Source: Dimorphilus gyrociliatus
Lineage: Eukaryota > Animalia > Annelida
Direction: 5' to 3'
DNA length: 64,000 nt
Assembly (NCBI GenBank): GCA_904063045.1
Contig: CAJFCJ010000016.1
Span: 930,001-994,000 of the forward strand
A program made the position numbers and the translations under genes. The notes beneath the pieces are model-generated. The model was given only the letters and a program-made list of their open reading frames with translations. It was not told where the DNA came from and did no database searches. Below, one piece after another: positions 25,504 through 39,134 of the stretch. Numbering within the stretch: the stretch's first letter is position 1; every line of letters starts with the position of its first letter.

Positions 25504-27604
25504 TCTCTCTCTCTCTTGCTGTGTCTCTCTATCAGTTTTACTCTACCTCGTGTTGTTTATTTTTTTGCGTTTCGGCTCCTAGTCTCTAGGCCTAATAACT
25601 TCTAGCGCTTCTGGAATGTAAGGAATTGTACCTGCAAAGTGCAAACTGTTGGTAATAGGTTTGTTTTTTAGTGGGGAATGTTGTTTGTTAAGCAAAAAGT
25701 CAGTTTTTTCTCAATGCGAAACACCCACCCACCCAATACACATTTAGTGTAGGCGTATAAGCAAGTGAAAAGAAAATATATAGAGGAAAGCTAAAGAATT
25801 TTCTTTTGCAGAATTATTCCGCTCTGCAGCGGAAGCCGGTCAACACGATATACTAAAGTTATACAACACCCGAGGAAGTATAATTAATATATCAGCAAAA
25901 ATCGAAGAAAATACGCCGTCTACACGGTATCGTTTAGAGGTTGTTGCTGCTTATTTTTCAGGTTAGTCTAATTTATACTACATAACCTCCAAGAAGGAGA
26001 GACCTTTACACCTTCTCTCCATTTAATATGCTCTTTTCTTCTACCCTGTTTACTTCGCTCGTCTTTCATACTCAATATCAATTTCTCACTCTGTCTATCT
26101 CTCTCCCTCTCCCTATCTCTCTCTCCACTCGGGATAAATAAATTCCTACAAATTCTTACTATCGAATACTACAAGTTGCTCTGTCTTCCTTAAAAGTGAT
26201 ATAAGCTTAAATTTATATCAAACAGTTTTCCGCCTATTTGTTTTTAAGGGTACGTTGTCTATCCCTAAGGCATTATTATTAATTTTCAAAACATGTAAGG
26301 CAAAGAAAACCGGAGAGGAATAGAAAGCGTAAAAATCATACGGGTTCTCTATCTTTATCCTCTCGCTCGCTCTCTCTCTCTCTCTCTCTCCCTCTCCTAC
26401 TTTCTTTCGCTCCTTTTCGATACGCATATATATATTGTATCCTACTAATGTTCATATAGACTTAATAACCCTCTGAATATTTACCTTTTCATAAACGAAG
26501 TAAATTTATTAACAGCGTAGGCTTATACTTTTTCCCATTTTACTAAAAGGTATTATGGGTAAGGCCGTTCATAACTAAAGGCTTTTTTTGTATTTTGATG
26601 ATTTTCTATAGAAAAGTAATAACAATAAAAGTAAAAAGGAAGAGGAAATGATAAAACTTTTGTCACGCTTTTTTTATACTTGGAATATTCTTTTAAAAAA
26701 AAGAAATGGCAATCTCTCTTCTCTACCTTTTTCCGCCTACTTTCTTTACTATATTCTTTTGTATAGCGTCAAATTCCTTATGCATAGCTAATCCTCCAAC
26801 TAATAAATTACCGGTTAATGAAAGATGATAATAATGGTATTGTCTAATTATCATCGTATAAGTATTACAAGAGCAATAACAAGAGCAAAATGTAAAAAGG
26901 ACGGAATAATACTTTTGTAGCGTTATGCTAAAGAGAAGAAAATCCTCCATCCTTTTTGCGCTAGTTTTTCTTTGTTCCGCTTGTTCCATTTATTATATTA
27001 CGTTAATGTGCATTTCTTTTATTAATAACTGTAGAATAAAATAGATAATATTCTTTTGTATGAAGGTGAATTTTTTACTTTTCTATCCCCATTTAGTCTC
27101 TTTCTCCCCCCTCTCTTCCCTCCCTTTTTCTCTCACACTCGCGCACTTACACTTAGTCATTAACTCTTGGAAGAAGAAAAAAATCTTGATAACTAGTTTC
27201 ATTTTAATACTTGGGGAAAGGAAAGAAAAATGAGGTTTTTAAGTTGAATTTTTTTGTCACGAAAAGTTTCTTTCTATTTCATTTTCCTCTTTTTTTTTTT
27301 TTTACAAACGCGAAACCTGCTTGAAGCAAGATTATTAACCTTCAAAGGAAACTTAACAAATTGATGAAGCTTCTTTCAATAGAAAATTCCTAATTGTTGT
27401 TCGACAAAGTAGTATCTTTGTCAGGAAAAAACTTATATATATGTCTATGTATATATATTATATATACATATATATTTATATAATAACATAGAATATAGAA
27501 AAAAAAAGTTATTTAATCGAAAGAAAAGTGTTAGTCAATTTATATTAAACATTAGGTAAAGCTTGTATTATATTTGTATAAATTGCCGTGTTTATACCTA
27601 TGCT

Positions 27605-27652
<48 letters not shown>

Positions 27653-29486
27653 TAGAGAGAGAGAGAGAGAATTTTGTTCTTTTTTTGACAAGTTCATTGA
27701 ACTTGAAATGATTATCAAAAAAGGAGAATAGAGGAATATATGATTGAATAAGCAGCAAAAAAGAGATTTAAGTACTGTAATTGAGTAAAATGATACATAT
27801 ATATATATAGCGTACACAGTCTAATTAACGACTTTTTTATGTGAATAGGAAGAATATATTGAGAAATTTGAATGGTAGAGGAAATAAAAATGGAATAGTT
27901 ATATACTAATATGTATTCACAGTACATTTGTACAGTATACTGTATGTACTGCATATTATAAAATATTCGTTATCATGTACTAAATAGTGTAAGCCTATTC
28001 ATGAAAATTATTGAAGTGATAAAAAAAGATTTATATACTCTGACCTAAGAGTAATCAAACAGAAAAATCTGTTATAAAGTATTTTTCTATACACTATTCT
28101 CAAACTTGCATATACTATCTATATTATGTCAATAGAATTTCTATACCAGCTTATTTGCAGGGAATATTATATATCTTTTTGAGAATGTCTAGAGAATGTC
28201 TTACAAGAACAATTCGACTGCAAAAACAGGGCGTTACTGCATAATTTGTCACATCCTCCAGATCCAATATTAGGTTACCTAGCAACACCAGGTGTAGCTT
28301 ACACTCCCTACTTGGGTTGTAAAAGCCGTAGAAAAAACTGTTAATTTTTGCATTCGACGAAATATAAGAGTGATAGGTTGATATTAAGTAAGACACTTCG
28401 TTCATCTTTAAATTACCTTAATCTAACGTTACTTTAGGTTTAAGGCGCTTTTTCTCTATTACTTTATAAAGTCACGTACATCTAATGTAGATAAGGCTTT
28501 TTCTGCGCCATGGACTAGACCTTATCATGTTCCTTTACAAGTCCTATTCAATAAACTCGACGCATTTAACCAACCATACAGTATTGGTAGTTTTCACTCG
28601 CCTCCTTTCCTTCCTCTCCCTTTCCGCCCCTCTTCTCAAAGTCCTTTGAACGCAAATTTATTAGCAGTAAAATTAATTGACTCCAATACAACTACGTAGT
28701 TTTATTTCTTTTCCCAGATAGTATCGAAGCAGTGTTTATAGTCTATGTTTATGTTTTGTTACTATTGTTATTGTTAATCGTAGACTAGCCACTCTCTCTT
28801 GGAAAAAATTTCATTTTATTCTCGTCAACCCTCCTTCCTTCCTTCCTCATAATCATTCTAAAAATAATGATAATAATAATAAGAAACTACTAGATAATTA
28901 ATAAAAAGTGAAATATAACGCATGTTAGCTAATTAAATAATCAATAAGCGAATGACTGACTATATATATATATATATACTGTATATGACATGTATATTAA
29001 TAATCATAGTTCATAAATTACTATAAAGTACTTGTCCAAAGAAAATGGAAGGGGGGAGGGGGGAAGGAAGATGGAAAGAGGCAGGTATATATCGTAAAAT
29101 GTATAAATATCTAAATTGTATTGAGTAGTATCTTTTCTTATAAATTATCCCATAATTGGAAATAATCGCACACTCCTTTAACAAATATCTTAATAACAAT
29201 CGATATCTTTATTGAAGAAAGCAGCGGCATACTAAATTACTGCCTTACTTTTTTTTTCTTTAACTTGTACAACATTGAAGAATTATAAGAGTTAGTTTAT
29301 ATAGATATAAATATATAGTGTATATTTCTATCCATAGTTATGCCTAATTTATTAATAGACTCACATAAAAATCAAAAACGAACAATCTATTCTTATTCTC
29401 TTAACTTGTTTAATTATTTAAGAGAAAGTATTACAATGAAAGCCTACCTATCTTTCTTTCTTTCTTTTTGTCTCTCTTTCTGTCTC

Positions 29487-29548
<62 letters not shown>

Positions 29549-32359
29549 CGTCACTCTACCTCTCACTCTCTTTGTTTATTTATGCGAATAAAACTGTCAA
29601 TAGTTACTTTGTTATTATAGAATAAATACCTTATTTATTTAACTATTTTTTTTTTGGCCTGTTTTTTCAAACAGGGACTGCTATTGCTGAAGAATTAGGC
29701 ACCGATCTTGTACTACTTCAAAACAGGATTGAAGAGATAGAAAGATCTTTATTGCAGGGCGGTTCTACGCCTGATATCGTTTACGATATGCAGCAAAAGG
29801 TAGAGGAATTTAAGCAAAAACTAGAAGGCGTCGAACATCTTAGTTGGCTCGGTTTATTTAAGGATATGTCTTCTACGAAATTAAGGCACTTTTGGAAAAA
29901 GAATCAGTCCATAAAGCGAACTGACGATCAGAATGAAGCTGTGTATAAGAAATTTCTAGAACTTTGGTAGGGTCTTGTTAACAGTGGGGAGTTAATTATT
30001 TTATTTAAATGTCAAATATTTTATAGTAAAGTTCAAGCAACAGAACAAGTAAGGGAGTATTTGAAAAAACCTACATTCGATAATTGGCAATGGGAAGATG
30101 CGGAAATCATGTTCCTTTTAAGACAAATGTATATTGATCTCGGCTTTTTGCATACTTTCAATATAGAGGTATGTAAAAAGAATAACTTAAATTCCTTGAA
30201 TAATTCGGCATGTTATCGTTCTGTAGATGTCTACCCTGCAACACTGGTTATACGAAATCTATAAAAATTATAATCTCGTTCCTTTTCATAACTTCAAACA
30301 TTGTTTTATGGTTGCTCAAATGGTAAATTAATCGCTTTTGCGACAATTCTCAACTAGTTTATACTAATCTTCAATTACAATTTCTTATTTTTCAGATGTA
30401 CGGCTTAACTTGGCTTATAGGACTCAGGAATTATGTAGAAGATATAGACATTCTAATACTTATAACATCCGCCATTTGCCATGACCTTAATCATCCAGGA
30501 TATAATAACGCATATCAGGTATAACCTTGCCTTTTAGAGACCTAAAGGAATAGTTAACTTGATTTTAATTCCTCTCTGGCAGATAAATGCCCGAACAGAG
30601 TTGGCTCTACGCTACAATGATATCTCACCGTTGGAAAATCATCATTGTGCCGTGGCCTTTGAAATTTTAGCAAATCCTAATTTCAATATATTCAGGAATT
30701 TAGATAAGGATGTTTTTAAGAAGATTCGGGAAGGAATGATTAAGTAAATATCTCTCTTCTTCAATATTTTAATTAAAATAAGCGAGAGAGAGAGAGAGAG
30801 AGGGAGAAAGAAATAAAGAAAGAAAGAGTCTTAAATAAAACAAAACATAAAATTCCTTTTTAATCCTTCAGATGTATTCTGGCAACTGATATGGCAAAGC
30901 ATTCTGAAATATTGAGCAGCTTTAAGGCTGCTATAGAGAAGGGATTTGATTTTTCTAGCAAGGAACAGAAATCTTTGGTAAATATACTTTTTAATTAAAA
31001 TAATTAAACAGGAAACTTAAAGCTTAACTTCAGCTTATGATGATCTTAATGAAAGTCTCTGATATATCAAACGAAGCGAGACCATTAGGAGTCGCTGAAC
31101 CTTGGATTGATTGTCTTCTTCAAGAATTTTTCCATCAGGTTCTAGCTACTCGCCGTTGTTTTCGGTCTCATTATCCTTAAATATAGTGTCTTTTTTCTCA
31201 ATTTAAAATACGATATCCTCATTATATTTCATAATTTGAAATAATCAACTCGAAGAGATTCATTAAATATAATAATAGAAATAATAACACAACAAAAACA
31301 ATATGGCCGCCGTTTATACAAGTAAATAAGATACTAATTTATTCTATATTCGTTGTCTCTTCCAGTTGATTCTCTTTCAAAGTTGATGAAGCGACAATAA
31401 TAAAGTCACAAGTAAACGCAGTTAAAGAATATAAGACTGAGGGTTTTTTAATGCATTTCTTTTTATTATAATCGTTGTTTAAACGTCAAAATAGTTAGAT
31501 TTCTGCATGTTTATCGCAGTTGCTTATAATACTCATCAAAGTGGCCGATATATCAAACGAAGCCCGTCCTATGCAAGTTTCCGAACTTTGGGCCGAGTGT
31601 CTTCTTGAAGAGTTCTTTATGCAGGTTCAGCTCTTTAATACCTTTTACATTATTATTTGTTTTTATGTATTTAAATGTATTAAAGAAGACGTTGTAAAGA
31701 TGTCTTTGTATATTTTGTATTCGAAAATATTCTCTTGCAAAAGCTCCAATTTAAATTCTCCTCTTCTCTTTCTTTTTACAGCATTCCTCTCCAATTGATT
31801 ATTTTAATATTTTCTTTTATTAAACGATACAGAGCGACATGGAAAAACTTGAAGGTCTACCCGTTGCGCCATTTATGGATAGAGAAAAAGTAAATAAATG
31901 TACCTCCCAAGTGGGATTTATTAAATTTGTCCTTTTACCTTTATTTGAGACGTTGGCATCTCTTTTCCCAAAAATTCAGGTAATTATATATTAATTTCAA
32001 CAGGAAATTGATTTTAAATGAAATTTTCTTATCAAAATATATTAGTATATACAGTATATAGTATATCTATCTATCTATCTATCTATATATATATATATAT
32101 ATATATGTATTCATATGTATTATTCTACCACATGTCCCTTTCAACGTTTGCCTTTCTGCCTACCTCTCCTCCTTATTCAACAATGTTCTAGCGCGATATT
32201 ATCGAACCCGTTAGGGAAGCTTTGCAGTATTACCAAAAAGAGTCTGATTCCTTAGAAGAGGAAAACGAAAAGAGGAAAGATAGTAAAAATCTGGAGAAGA
32301 TAGACGTTCATTTAAAAAGACAAAATAAGAATGGACTTAAGACGAACAGTAACTCCTGA
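24785..32359 (+). CDS. PDE9: cGMP-specific 3',5'-cyclic nucleotide phosphodiesterase, PDE9 family; 11 exons plus one alternative
   Basis: Exons 24785-24872 ([19 protein letters not shown]), 25812-25961 ([18 protein letters not shown]), 29675-29966, 30027-30168, 30227-30322 ([14 protein letters not shown]), 30396-30518 ([10 protein letters not shown]), 30583-30743 ([21 protein letters not shown]), 30872-30977 (ILATDMAKH), 31034-31138 or 31520-31624, 31833-31979 ([23 protein letters not shown]), 32192-32359. Phases all compatible; motifs match the human PDE9A catalytic domain closely. Confidence 0.95.
27608..27669. repeat. Compound (AT)n(AG)n microsatellite
   Basis: Direct reading, PDE9 intron 2. 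Confidence 0.95.
29481..29543. repeat. (CT)n microsatellite
   Basis: Direct reading, upstream of PDE9 exon 3. Confidence 0.9.
31034..31138 (+). CDS. PDE9: PDE9 exon 9a (alternative)
   Basis: 105 nt, phase 0-0, [35 protein letters not shown]; CAG acceptor, donor GTTCTA. Confidence 0.85.
31520..31624 (+). CDS. PDE9: PDE9 exon 9b (alternative)
   Basis: 105 nt, phase 0-0, [35 protein letters not shown]; CAG acceptor, donor GTTCAG. Confidence 0.85.
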
Positions 32360-32506
32360 TTCTGATTTGTTTATTTACTGCTTCTATAGTCCTGTTCAAT
32401 AAGTATAAATGAATATACGGTGTATATCTAGATACGTGTACGTACTGTATACCCATACAAAGTAATGTATATGTATATATATATATATATGTGTGTTAAT
32501 ATTTAT

Positions 32507-32549
<43 letters not shown>

Positions 32550-32661
32550 CCATGGAAAACAAAAATCATTTTCACTGTACCATCTGTTGATGTTGGTATT
32601 TATTTGTACAGTATGAATTTTTTCTTAGAGCATATTCATATTCTGTATATGAATATATGAT

Positions 32662-32692
<31 letters not shown>

Positions 32693-32769
32693 TTCTTCGT
32701 AATATTTATATACAGTAATAGTTAATAATAATAAAAAAGGAAACAAAAGACAACAGTACTACTGTTCGA

Positions 32770-32806
<37 letters not shown>

Positions 32807-35800
32807 TATATTTATATACATTTTATAATAGTGGGCTGGAACGATTGCCTGATATCAAACTGAAGGGAAGAAGACAAATAAGAACAAATCGTTTTTATGT
32901 TAGTTAAAGGGAAAAATTATGATTTGTTAATTTAATCTATAAATATACATTTAAAAGAAAATAGTTAAATATATTCCAGCTCACCACTAAATCCTCTTTT
33001 ATACACTGTTTAAACTCTCTTCATATTTACTAAGACTATGTTCTTTCAAATTCTTTCTTTTTAAAAGTAATGGTGCTATCAAATCTTTCTGTCAACTCTT
33101 ATTTAAAACGTATTTGTCATGACAAATGCAGTGAATATCTAATTGAATACAGTTTAAGCTGCAGACTAAAAATACACTTTTCGGTGACTGTCACCGCTCT
33201 AGCTTATGTAATAGTTATTTTCGTTCTTAGTAAAGAAATCCAATATGAATAAAGGCATTCATTAAATATAGATACATGCACATATCCTGCGTACGTGATA
33301 TACAATAGTCTTCACTATTGAAATGTAATATTTTAAATAGAGTTTTTTTCTGCGGATGAAGGCCTACTGATAATCGGAACTTTGCCCCACTTCTCTTGCC
33401 GACTAACGAAATTGTTCAAAATATCCTTCAATACGAGTAACGAGTCAGCTTTCGATATTCTTCTCTTCCTTCTCGACCAAAAATAAAATAGACTGATTAT
33501 AGTTGCACCGGAATTTCTCATAAAATACGTATAGTTCATTTCTATGAACGCATAACCATAAAGAATAAACTATAGACGTTAATCTTTTTTGAACTTTTTC
33601 TTTAGTTTTTCCCTCATAAAAAATAAAAGAAAAATGCACCAAATAACCTTGGCCCATAAAACATATAAGAATTAGCCAACAATATCCGTGAAGAAACTTT
33701 CAAGTCTACAAGACTAGAAATCGTTAAAAAAATTAATTGAATAAGAAAAAAGATTGGATAGGAAGGAAAGCAGGAAAGAGAGATAGAGGCCGACAGGGAG
33801 AAAGATGAAAAAGAATTAATATTCTATTCTAATGTCTTGAAGAATTAAAGAGAAATAAATCTGATTGGAAAAACTCTTAGGGAAATGGTCGCAGCTGGAA
33901 AATCTATTAAACTATAACCGAGAATATAATGGTTGTTTCTTTTTGTTTTTTAAACTACTAGAACTTTTCAACACTTTGAAAAAAATAGACGAGAAACATT
34001 AAACTGGGTTAAATGTACAAAAAGTACTAGAAGCGGAATTCTTATGCCAATAAACAAAATTTTCAACTGTTTTAGATTCCTATCCTAACATCACTCTATT
34101 CTTTCTTCGTTTTTCCTACTCTTTATCGCCTTTTTTCCGTTATCTTTGCGTTAAACTCTTCCTACCCTTCCGCCTTACAGAGTTGGAAGGAAGAGCGAAA
34201 CAAAGAGAAGCAGGCAAAATACAACGGAATTAAAAGAACATAATACAATATAGAAGGAGACGACCTTAAACAATATAATTCAATATTCTACTTAATCTTG
34301 ATGAAATATAATAAAATACTAAGAATTTCGTTAATGATACAAGCATAAACATCTGCTTTATTTTCATCCTATGCTAATTTATTATGTTTATTAAAACATA
34401 CAGAAATATTCGATATACAGCTTAGATTTATAATTATGTCTAATCTACTATTACTGTATACTGTATATATCATACTGTATTTATACGTGTGCGTGTATGT
34501 TCGTGTACATATGTATTGAAATTGAAATCTATTCACTAAACTCCTATCGAGCTCTATGATCTTGTCTGCCCTTCTTTGCTCTAAACACGTACATACCTAT
34601 TTATATTTAGTAATCATTGACTGAATTTTTTTTTCAACTCTCCTTTTTTCTTGGCAAACTACTTGCAGTCGTGCGGCACTCAACGCTTTACACAAAATTC
34701 TTCTCTCCTCTAGTTCACCTTGAAAGTTGTCTTCGAAAAAACGAGGATTTCTGATTAAATGAAATAAGATTTTACCAGTCACTGATCTAGAAATAATCTA
34801 ATAAGTTTTGGAAGGATCAGATATATCTGATATGAAAAGAGAAGAGGCGCTATTTAGCGTCTCTTTTGATTACTGTTTTCTAATTTTTTTAAATCACGTA
34901 CAAGAAGAATAAGCTAATAGGTTCTACCATTTCAGTTGTTCGGTAATGTCTTTTAAAGAATATTTGAGTGAGTTACGAGTACTTTCAAGGGGAATGGGAT
35001 GTTGAAATTTCTTTAATTGTCTATCAGATATCTATTAAATCTTTAAGTTTTTAGGTAATTTTTTTATCTTTTCTTTCCCTCCCCCCCTCGCACCCCTTCC
35101 CCTCTTCCACCCTCTCTCCATCTCCTCATGAAACGTCTAAAAAACTTTTAATTGTTTACAAAGAATTGTTTTCTCTGTTAAGTAGTATCCTAACCATGTC
35201 TTTGCTTTTCTCCTAAATTACAAAAAGAAAGATAAGGCCATATCTCCTCTCCTTTCTCATCCAACTTGAAACTAATCAGCTATTGCTGTTCAATGAAATT
35301 ATGAGGTGTATATCTATACATATATATATATATATATATACAGTAATACATTATGTATGTATTTACTGTATACACAGGTCATGCAAGAGGAAACAAATCG
35401 GTACAGCTGTTACTTAATTATATATTTTTGCTATCTAGGCCTAGGAAGAAAAGTGGCATTCAATTCGTTGATATCATTAAACTTACAGATTTTGATTATT
35501 TAATTGATTAAAGAGAAAAATGAGATTCTTTTGCAGAGTTTAATGTCTTTTCCATAATGCGATGGTATGATTAAATGACTGCAAAAGAATAAAATAGACT
35601 GATTAATTATAGGGAAAATGTGAAAAAAATTAGTCTTATTTATAGCAATAATTAGCCCTAAAGTAATTCTTCTAGTCTAGCCTAGCATCAAATATGTAAA
35701 AATGGTTAAGTTCTCCGAAAAGATCCCTTTCTATAGGTCTATCAAGATGCAAACCTCTCGTCACTCCTACAAGACCTTATTTTAATAAATACAACGAATA

Positions 35801-38800
35801 CATCGATTTACAAATATCTTTTCATTTGTTCCTTTTTTTTGGACGATATACAGTATATGCATAGTTTCGTATAGATTATATTAATTGAACTATCGGATAT
35901 GCACAAATATTATGTGTATTATATAGATGTGCATAGATAACGTTCGTATTAATTGTATAGGATGAACGAGTGAATGAATGAATGAATTGTATATACTGTA
36001 TGTTTGTTGGTTGAAAATAATATCACGTACTTGCAATTAATAACGTTGTCTGTTTTCTCTCTCATTCCATTCTTTATATTATATTCTCTTTTCTATACCT
36101 CACTTCCCTACCCGCCTCCCCTCCCCTTCTATTCCTTTCTCTGAGCATTTAGTCATGTATCTTTCAGTGTCTTTCTATCCCCATTCCCATCTGCCCTACC
36201 TACTTTTAAGTCATTTATTTTGTCTGGTAAAGTTACAATTTTTTTCACCATTTCCCAGAAAAGTTGATTAACAAAAGGACGTTTATTTCTGTGAGAATAA
36301 CATATAAGCAATCGTACGAAAGGTTGTTTCTCCTTTAAAGACTACCCTTCTGAACTGGAACAAGACAGTCAGCAGAACAGACGATTGAAAGGGAAAAAGT
36401 TAACATAGACGGGATAAAGGAAAAGAGTATAATTCTTCTGTAATATATTGTATAACACAAAAAAAGTCTTTTAAAAATAGATTGTAAAGTGTCTTCCAAG
36501 ACAAATAAGTAAAGGTCAACCAAAGTTAAGAAAGCCTTAAGGGTTATTATTATTTGGATTAATAATAGAGTAACGGTACTATTCAGAGTAATTGTTCAAA
36601 AAATCAGTAATACCTGAAAAAAAAACTACATCAAATGTTTATTCAAATAGTCTTATCTCTCTACAAGTTTTCAAACTGTAAAGTAATTAATAGATTAAGA
36701 ATAATGATGAATTTGAAACAAACAAGCAAACAAACAAACAAACAAAGTAGAAATACTTGTACATTTTTGTGTGTGAGAGGGAAGACATTAAGACGCCAAA
36801 GTCTAAATATCAATTCAAATTGAATCCATCTTGGTTACGAAACGAGTTCTTGTTTATTCACAATGTTTAAATTATACTAGATTCGTGAATAATTCTCTTT
36901 AAATCCTTTTGTTTCCGTTGGTCTGTCTCTCTCTCTCTCTCTGTCTTCTCTGATTGGATAATAGTACTTAATGATGTTACGATTCTTTAATATACAAAAT
37001 TTAAAAGATTAATGAAATAATCTATTTATAATCTAATTAGTTACATTTTACATCATTCGACCTACTTCTCATCCTTTTCTGAAGATTATCAATAAAATAA
37101 TAACCATTGTTTATAATGGACGGGATAGTTTCCTTTTCTAGTATTGTAACTCCATCTGGTGAGTAAATATAGATTTGCTGTACATTTTTTGCAGATATAG
37201 GTACAATTATTCGCATAGCGGTGCGGGCTTAATTGATATTAGACTGTTGATTTTGGCAAAAGAATAACTAGAAGAGTATATATAGAAGGTGTTGAAAGAA
37301 AGATATATAAATAGAATAAAACCATATTTTCTGTATAGAATATATGAAAATATACTTAATTCCTTCTTTTCTTCTCCAAAGTAAGGATAGAGTTAAAAAT
37401 AGAAAGTTTAATGCTTATAAAAATAACTAGCCAATAAATTTACCATATCTCTATGTAAAAATAGTAAAGAAAACTTTCTATATACTGCATTGCTATACAG
37501 TATATATGAAAGAAGAGTTATATACTGTATATCATGCGTCTATAACTTTGTAATTGTCTTTAATAATCAGTTCTTATACGGAACGTACGTGCAATAAGTA
37601 AGCTTTGCCGCCAACTAGCTTTTTTTCAGAAACTACTGAAAATTTTTATTAATATAGGTCAAGGATGTTATTTATTCTGCGATATATTCATTGTTTACAG
37701 GAACTAACCAAGCAAGCTTAGCTACTTTTAATAATTAGCAACGCTAGTTACTACAGTTGACACTGCTGTAGCGCCTGCATCTGCAACGTCAGATATGCTT
37801 TTGAGTCTTCGGATAGAGTTTCACGAGGACGAATAGACTCGTCGATACAAGCACCCTCTAGCAGATATTAAGAGCGCAAGTCGAATTGGTGAAAATTGCA
37901 GGTTTATCAAATAGGAAAGAAAAAAACATAATAGGCGTCAACACTATAAAAAAAAAAGCTTTAATCCAACCAATATTCAATATTTTTGAATTATTGAATA
38001 ATTTATGCAAATGAATGCAATTACAGTTGGAAATTCGAATTGAATTTCTCAATTACTATACAGTATAAAAGAACTGCTAACTGTTCAATTAGTTTCTTTA
38101 TTTTATTTACATATGTTTGATTTCAGTGAGAAAAGGTAAATAGGACGTCAGAAGATTAAATTAGAAAAATAATTACAATACAGGGCTTTAGTGGTAAAGA
38201 CGAAAGAGAGGAAAGAGAGAAGAAGAGAGAGAGTTAATTATCCTTTATTAAAAATTCTTTTTTAATTATTAAGAAATTTCTTATCATATAAAAACACTTA
38301 TATCTTGTATAGAGTTTTTATTACAGCTAGAATTCCCTCTTATTACTCTGCAATTTTCTAGATGAGAAATTAGACGCCATTTCTTCTATTCCATCTGTGG
38401 ATAAATTGAATCTGTCAAGGGAAAGTGTGCATTATGCAAAGAATGACGTAATAAGAATATATATTGTGTACACTGCATATATCTAAAGCTAAAAGTTTTA
38501 TTAAAATAAGGTTCCCCCCTTTCCGATTCCTCTCTACAAAGGTTAAAATGTACTATACATTTGCATAGACTCTTTTGGTATGTCTTTTATTGAAAGATAA
38601 ATGTATTTAATTATTTTTTTATGTTTTTATAGCACATAATTTCAACAGTGGTGTTTCCCTCTTCTCTTCTCCTTCCTCCCACCATCCTCCCGCTTCTGCT
38701 CCACATTTTCGTGTCCAATTGAACAAGTAATACTTTATTTGACATTTTCTTTACAGTTTTGCGTAATACTTTACTTTATACATAATATGAATTGTTTTTT

Positions 38801-39134
38801 TATTATTAATAATCGATAGAGATTTTAATACAAGAATACTAAATAATTTGCAATTATTTCTTTTTTTTTTAACAAACAATTTTCATTAATTATTCACCCA
38901 AATATTAAACTTTACACTTTCCATTTTTTGTTTAACCATTTCAAGTTTGAATGTTGAAAAATATATTAATAGTTTTTATTACTATTTTTATGATAATCGT
39001 TATGATATTCTGCTTTTTGAACGTTTCCTTCTTTTTATATTAAAGCGATTAATCACCGGATATGTGTCTGTACGCCCTTTGAGAGGAAAAGAGAGAATTA
39101 GACAAATAAACTAACAAACGCCGCTTAGCGTCGC

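Noticed and set aside
30483-30500. PDE9 HDLNHPG instead of HDLDHPG
   Set aside because: The metal-binding HD and H are intact; a single substitution is not evidence of altered function.
31139-31519. Possible docking/selector RNA pairing between the PDE9 alternative exons (CGCCGTTGTTTT vs AAAACAATATGGCCG)
   Set aside because: Complementarity is short and imperfect; it needs folding and conservation analysis.
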